A stretch of 64,000 nucleotides of DNA from positions 64,457 to 128,456 of the forward strand of contig JBFLXJ010000023.1 in NCBI GenBank assembly GCA_040757085.1. Direction: 5' to 3'. The notes under the pieces are model-generated. The model did not search any database, was not told where the DNA came from, and worked only from the letters and a program-made list of their open reading frames with translations. Made by a program: the position numbers and the translations under genes. Shown piece by piece: positions 61,614 to 64,000 of the stretch. This stretch comes from Bacillota bacterium. GTDB lineage: Bacteria > Bacillota > Sulfobacillia > JACIYH01. The first letter of the stretch is position 1. Each line of letters starts with the position of its first letter.

Positions 61614-61919
61614 ATGAAGATTTCCAACCGCCAGATCCAGAGCGTTATCGAGGCGTATCAAAAGCGCCTGGAGCGAGTGGACTCGGAGCCCCGGACCGGT
61701 GCTCCCCGCAGGCCAGGGTCACGGAGCGACCGGGTAGAGCTTTCTGCGGATGCGCAGGAGCTGGCCCGGTTGGCGCAACTGGTAAGGCAATTGCCCGAGG
61801 TTAGGGAGGACGTGGTGCGGCGACTGGCCGAGGCCCTGAAAGAGGGGACTTATCACGTGCCCGCCGGTGACGTGGCCGAGAAGATGGTGGCCAGATACCT
61901 GGCCGATCGGCTCCAGTGA
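61614..61919 (+). CDS. flgM: anti-sigma-28 factor FlgM
   Basis: 101 aa. MKISNRQIQSVIEAYQK...VELSADAQEL...VREDVVRRLAEALKEGTYHVPAGDVAEKMV is the FlgM C-terminal sigma-binding pattern. Confidence 0.8.
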   Translation: MKISNRQIQSVIEAYQKRLERVDSEPRTGAPRRPGSRSDRVELSADAQELARLAQLVRQLPEVREDVVRRLAEALKEGTYHVPAGDVAEKMVARYLADRLQ

Positions 61920-61951
61920 GGTCCTGAGCGCCCGCGACGAGGTTAACAGCC

Positions 61952-62455
61952 ATGGAAAGGGCCCTCGTGTCCCGTCTCATCGGGGTGCTGAAAGCCCACG
62001 AGGAGGTGTACACAGACCTCCTCAGCCTGGGCCGCAGGCAGAAGGAGCTGGTGGTCAAAGGTGACCTGCGCGGCCTGGAAGCCCTGCTCGAAGTGCAGCA
62101 GGCCCTTGTGCACCGCGCCGGCCTCCTGGAAGGAGAACGGGCCGAGGTGACGGAGGCCGTGGCCCGGACCTGGGGCGTCCCCGTAGAATCCCTCAGCCTG
62201 ACCCGCATCCAGCAACGCTGCCGCGATAACGGGTGGCAGGAGGCGGACCGGCTGGCGGACCTGAGGGCTTCGCTGGAGCGGCTGGTCGCCGACCTGCACG
62301 AGGTCAATCAGGAGAACGCACGCCTGCTCAAGCGGGCGCTGGCGCTGGTAAGGCATACTCTGGATCTCATCCTGCCGGGTGGGGCCAGTCCGGGGTACAG
62401 TGCTATGGGTCACCGACGCCGGGATGTCCCCCGCGCGGTTGACCGCCACGCGTAA
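61952..62455 (+). CDS. flgN: FlgN-like flagellar export chaperone (YvyG-like)
   Basis: 167 aa helical protein (LIGVLKAHEEVYTDLLSLGRRQKELVVKGDLRGLEALL). Position between flgM and flgK. Confidence 0.65.
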   Translation: MERALVSRLIGVLKAHEEVYTDLLSLGRRQKELVVKGDLRGLEALLEVQQALVHRAGLLEGERAEVTEAVARTWGVPVESLSLTRIQQRCRDNGWQEADRLADLRASLERLVADLHEVNQENARLLKRALALVRHTLDLILPGGASPGYSAMGHRRRDVPRAVDRHA

Positions 62456-62468
62456 GGGAGTGACGGCG

Positions 62469-63881
62469 GTGCCCTCCACCTTCGACGGATTACATATCGC
62501 GCTGTCGGCGTTACGGGCTAACCAGAGAGCCCTGGAAGTGGTGGCCCACAACGTGGCCAATGCCAACACGCCGGGGTTTTCCCGCCAGCAGCCCGTCCTC
62601 GAGCCGGCTCGCCCTGCGCTGGCGCCCGTCCCGGGCGCTTCCTGGGGCACCTACCTGGGGCGGGGGGTACAGCTGGCCCAGGTCCGGCGCGTGCGTGACC
62701 TATTCCTGGACGCCCAGGTGCGCGCGGACCTGCAACTCCTGGGCCGCTGGGAAGTGCGCCGGGATGCCCTGGCCAAGGTAGAGGCCGTTTTCAACGAACC
62801 CTCCGACGCGGGGCTGCGTACGGTACTGGACGAGTTCTGGGCCAGCTGGCAGGAACTCTCCAACAACCCGGAGAGCCTGGCCGCCCGCGCCCTGGTCCGC
62901 CAGAAGGGGCAGGCGCTCGCCGACACCTTCCGCCATCTGCACCGGCAGCTATGGGATCTGCAGGCCGACCTGAACCGGTCCATCGCCATCAAGGTGGATG
63001 AGCTCAACAACCTGGCCCGCCAGGTGGCCAGCCTCAACGAGCAGATTTCCCTGTCGGCAGCCAACCGGCAGAGTCCCAACGATCTCCTGGACCGGCGGGA
63101 CCTGCTCATCGAGCAGATGGCGCGCCTTGCCGACCTGCAGGTGCAGTTCGACGAACAGGGCGTCGCCACGGTGGCGGTGGGCGGCATGGTGCTGGTGGAT
63201 CGCTTCCGGGTGGCGCGGATGGAGGTGCAGGCCAACCCTGCTGCCCCCAACCAGAGCCGGGTGGTGTGGGATACCGGCATGCCGGTGAATCCGGGAGGCG
63301 GCGAACTGCTGGGATACCTGGAGGCGCGCGAACACATCGTACCCGGCCTGATGGCCGATCTGGACGAACTCGCCGTCACCCTCCGCGATCAGGTGAACGA
63401 GTTGCACCGGGAGGGCTTTGGCCTTCCCCTGGGTTCTTCCAGCCCGCACGGGTATGACTTCTTCGATCCCGATGCGACCGCGGCCAACATGGGCCTGGCC
63501 TATGAAGTGAGGCAGGACGTGCGTTACATAGCCGCGTCCACGGCAGATGGCGTCCCCGGCAACGGGGAGAATGCCCTCAAGATAGCAGGCTTGCAGCGGC
63601 AGAACATCATCGACCAGGGCACGATCGATGATTTCTTCCGCTCGGTGATCGGGACCATCGGCGTCATGGCCCGGGAAGCGACCAGGCTCAGTGAGAACCA
63701 GGGCGTCCTGTTGCAGCAGATGGAGCACCAGCGCCAGTCGGTGACGGGCGTATCCCTGGACGAAGAGGTGACCAACCTCATAAGGTACCAGCATGCATAT
63801 GCCGCCGCGGCACGGGTGGTCACCACGCTGGACGAGATGCTGCGTTCCCTGATCCAGGACACCGGCCTGGTCGGCCGCTGA
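62469..63881 (+). CDS. flgK: flagellar hook-associated protein 1 FlgK
   Basis: GTG 62469, 9 nt after AAGGGAG. PSTFDGLHIALSALRANQRALEVVAHNVANANTPGFSRQ N-terminus. C-terminal SLDEEVTNLIRYQHAYAAAARVVTTLDEMLRSLI. Confidence 0.85.
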   Translation: MPSTFDGLHIALSALRANQRALEVVAHNVANANTPGFSRQQPVLEPARPALAPVPGASWGTYLGRGVQLAQVRRVRDLFLDAQVRADLQLLGRWEVRRDALAKVEAVFNEPSDAGLRTVLDEFWASWQELSNNPESLAARALVRQKGQALADTFRHLHRQLWDLQADLNRSIAIKVDELNNLARQVASLNEQISLSAANRQSPNDLLDRRDLLIEQMARLADLQVQFDEQGVATVAVGGMVLVDRFRVARMEVQANPAAPNQSRVVWDTGMPVNPGGGELLGYLEAREHIVPGLMADLDELAVTLRDQVNELHREGFGLPLGSSSPHGYDFFDPDATAANMGLAYEVRQDVRYIAASTADGVPGNGENALKIAGLQRQNIIDQGTIDDFFRSVIGTIGVMAREATRLSENQGVLLQQMEHQRQSVTGVSLDEEVTNLIRYQHAYAAAARVVTTLDEMLRSLIQDTGLVGR

Positions 63882-64000
63882 CCATTGCTTGCGGGCGCCC
63901 GGGCGTTGGCTGATCGGGCAAACGTGGGGGTAGCCACGGTCAAGGGGGTGCCGGGTTGCGGGTAACGACGGGGATGATGATCGACGGGGTGCTGGCGGAC

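Noticed and set aside
63882-64000. Start of flgL at the window end (ATGATGATCGACGGGGTGCTGGCGGAC)
   Set aside because: Expected by synteny, but only about 9 codons are available and they do not show the MRITN flagellin-family start, so it is not callable

Overview
This 64 kb window is high-GC (roughly 70%) and Firmicute-like. Every supportable gene lies on the + strand. I found no rRNA, tRNA, CRISPR array, integrase or transposase; the long minus-strand ORFs in the track read as GC-rich antisense artefacts.

From 5' to 3' the window contains:
- a chemotaxis operon (mcp-cheW-cheA-cheY-cheB-cheR) that ends with a DUF3391/HD-GYP phosphodiesterase and a CheX/CheC-like phosphatase;
- a cell-envelope island of about 20 kb, entered through a lower-GC leader that carries an orphan HEPN-like ORF. 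It holds an SLH/S-layer protein, two tandem S41 C-terminal processing proteases with peptidoglycan-binding domains, a MacAB-like tripartite ABC exporter, a TolB-like beta-propeller lipoprotein whose signal peptide is cut off by an in-frame TGA, an SPFH/stomatin gene remnant, a second SLH protein with a Trp/Pro-rich motif, and a 1598-aa SLH-anchored subtilisin;
- a transaldolase, a wHTH/membrane protein and a radical SAM enzyme with a long N-terminal extension;
- a Bacillus-type conserved block: rpmE-DUF1385-prfA-prmC-sua5-[unknown 363 aa]-ywlE-rpiB-ywlG-comEB-mazG-like-tagO-wecB-atpZIBEFHAGDC-murA-spoIID-M23(SpoIIQ-like)-spoIIID-mreB-flgF-flgG-rod-binding protein;
- a textbook SAM-I (S-box) riboswitch with terminator, controlling a core-MetE-like methyltransferase and metK;
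- a membrane GAF-GGDEF diguanylate cyclase, then comFC-yvyF-flgM-flgN-flgK.

I see no defence system. The candidates for unusual or undescribed biology are the extended radical SAM locus, the uncharacterised insert in the ywl operon, the S-layer-associated protease/exporter island with its W/P-rich SLH protein and split lipoprotein, and c-di-GMP enzymes placed inside motility operons.

All calls are from motif reading of the supplied translations. No database searches were run.
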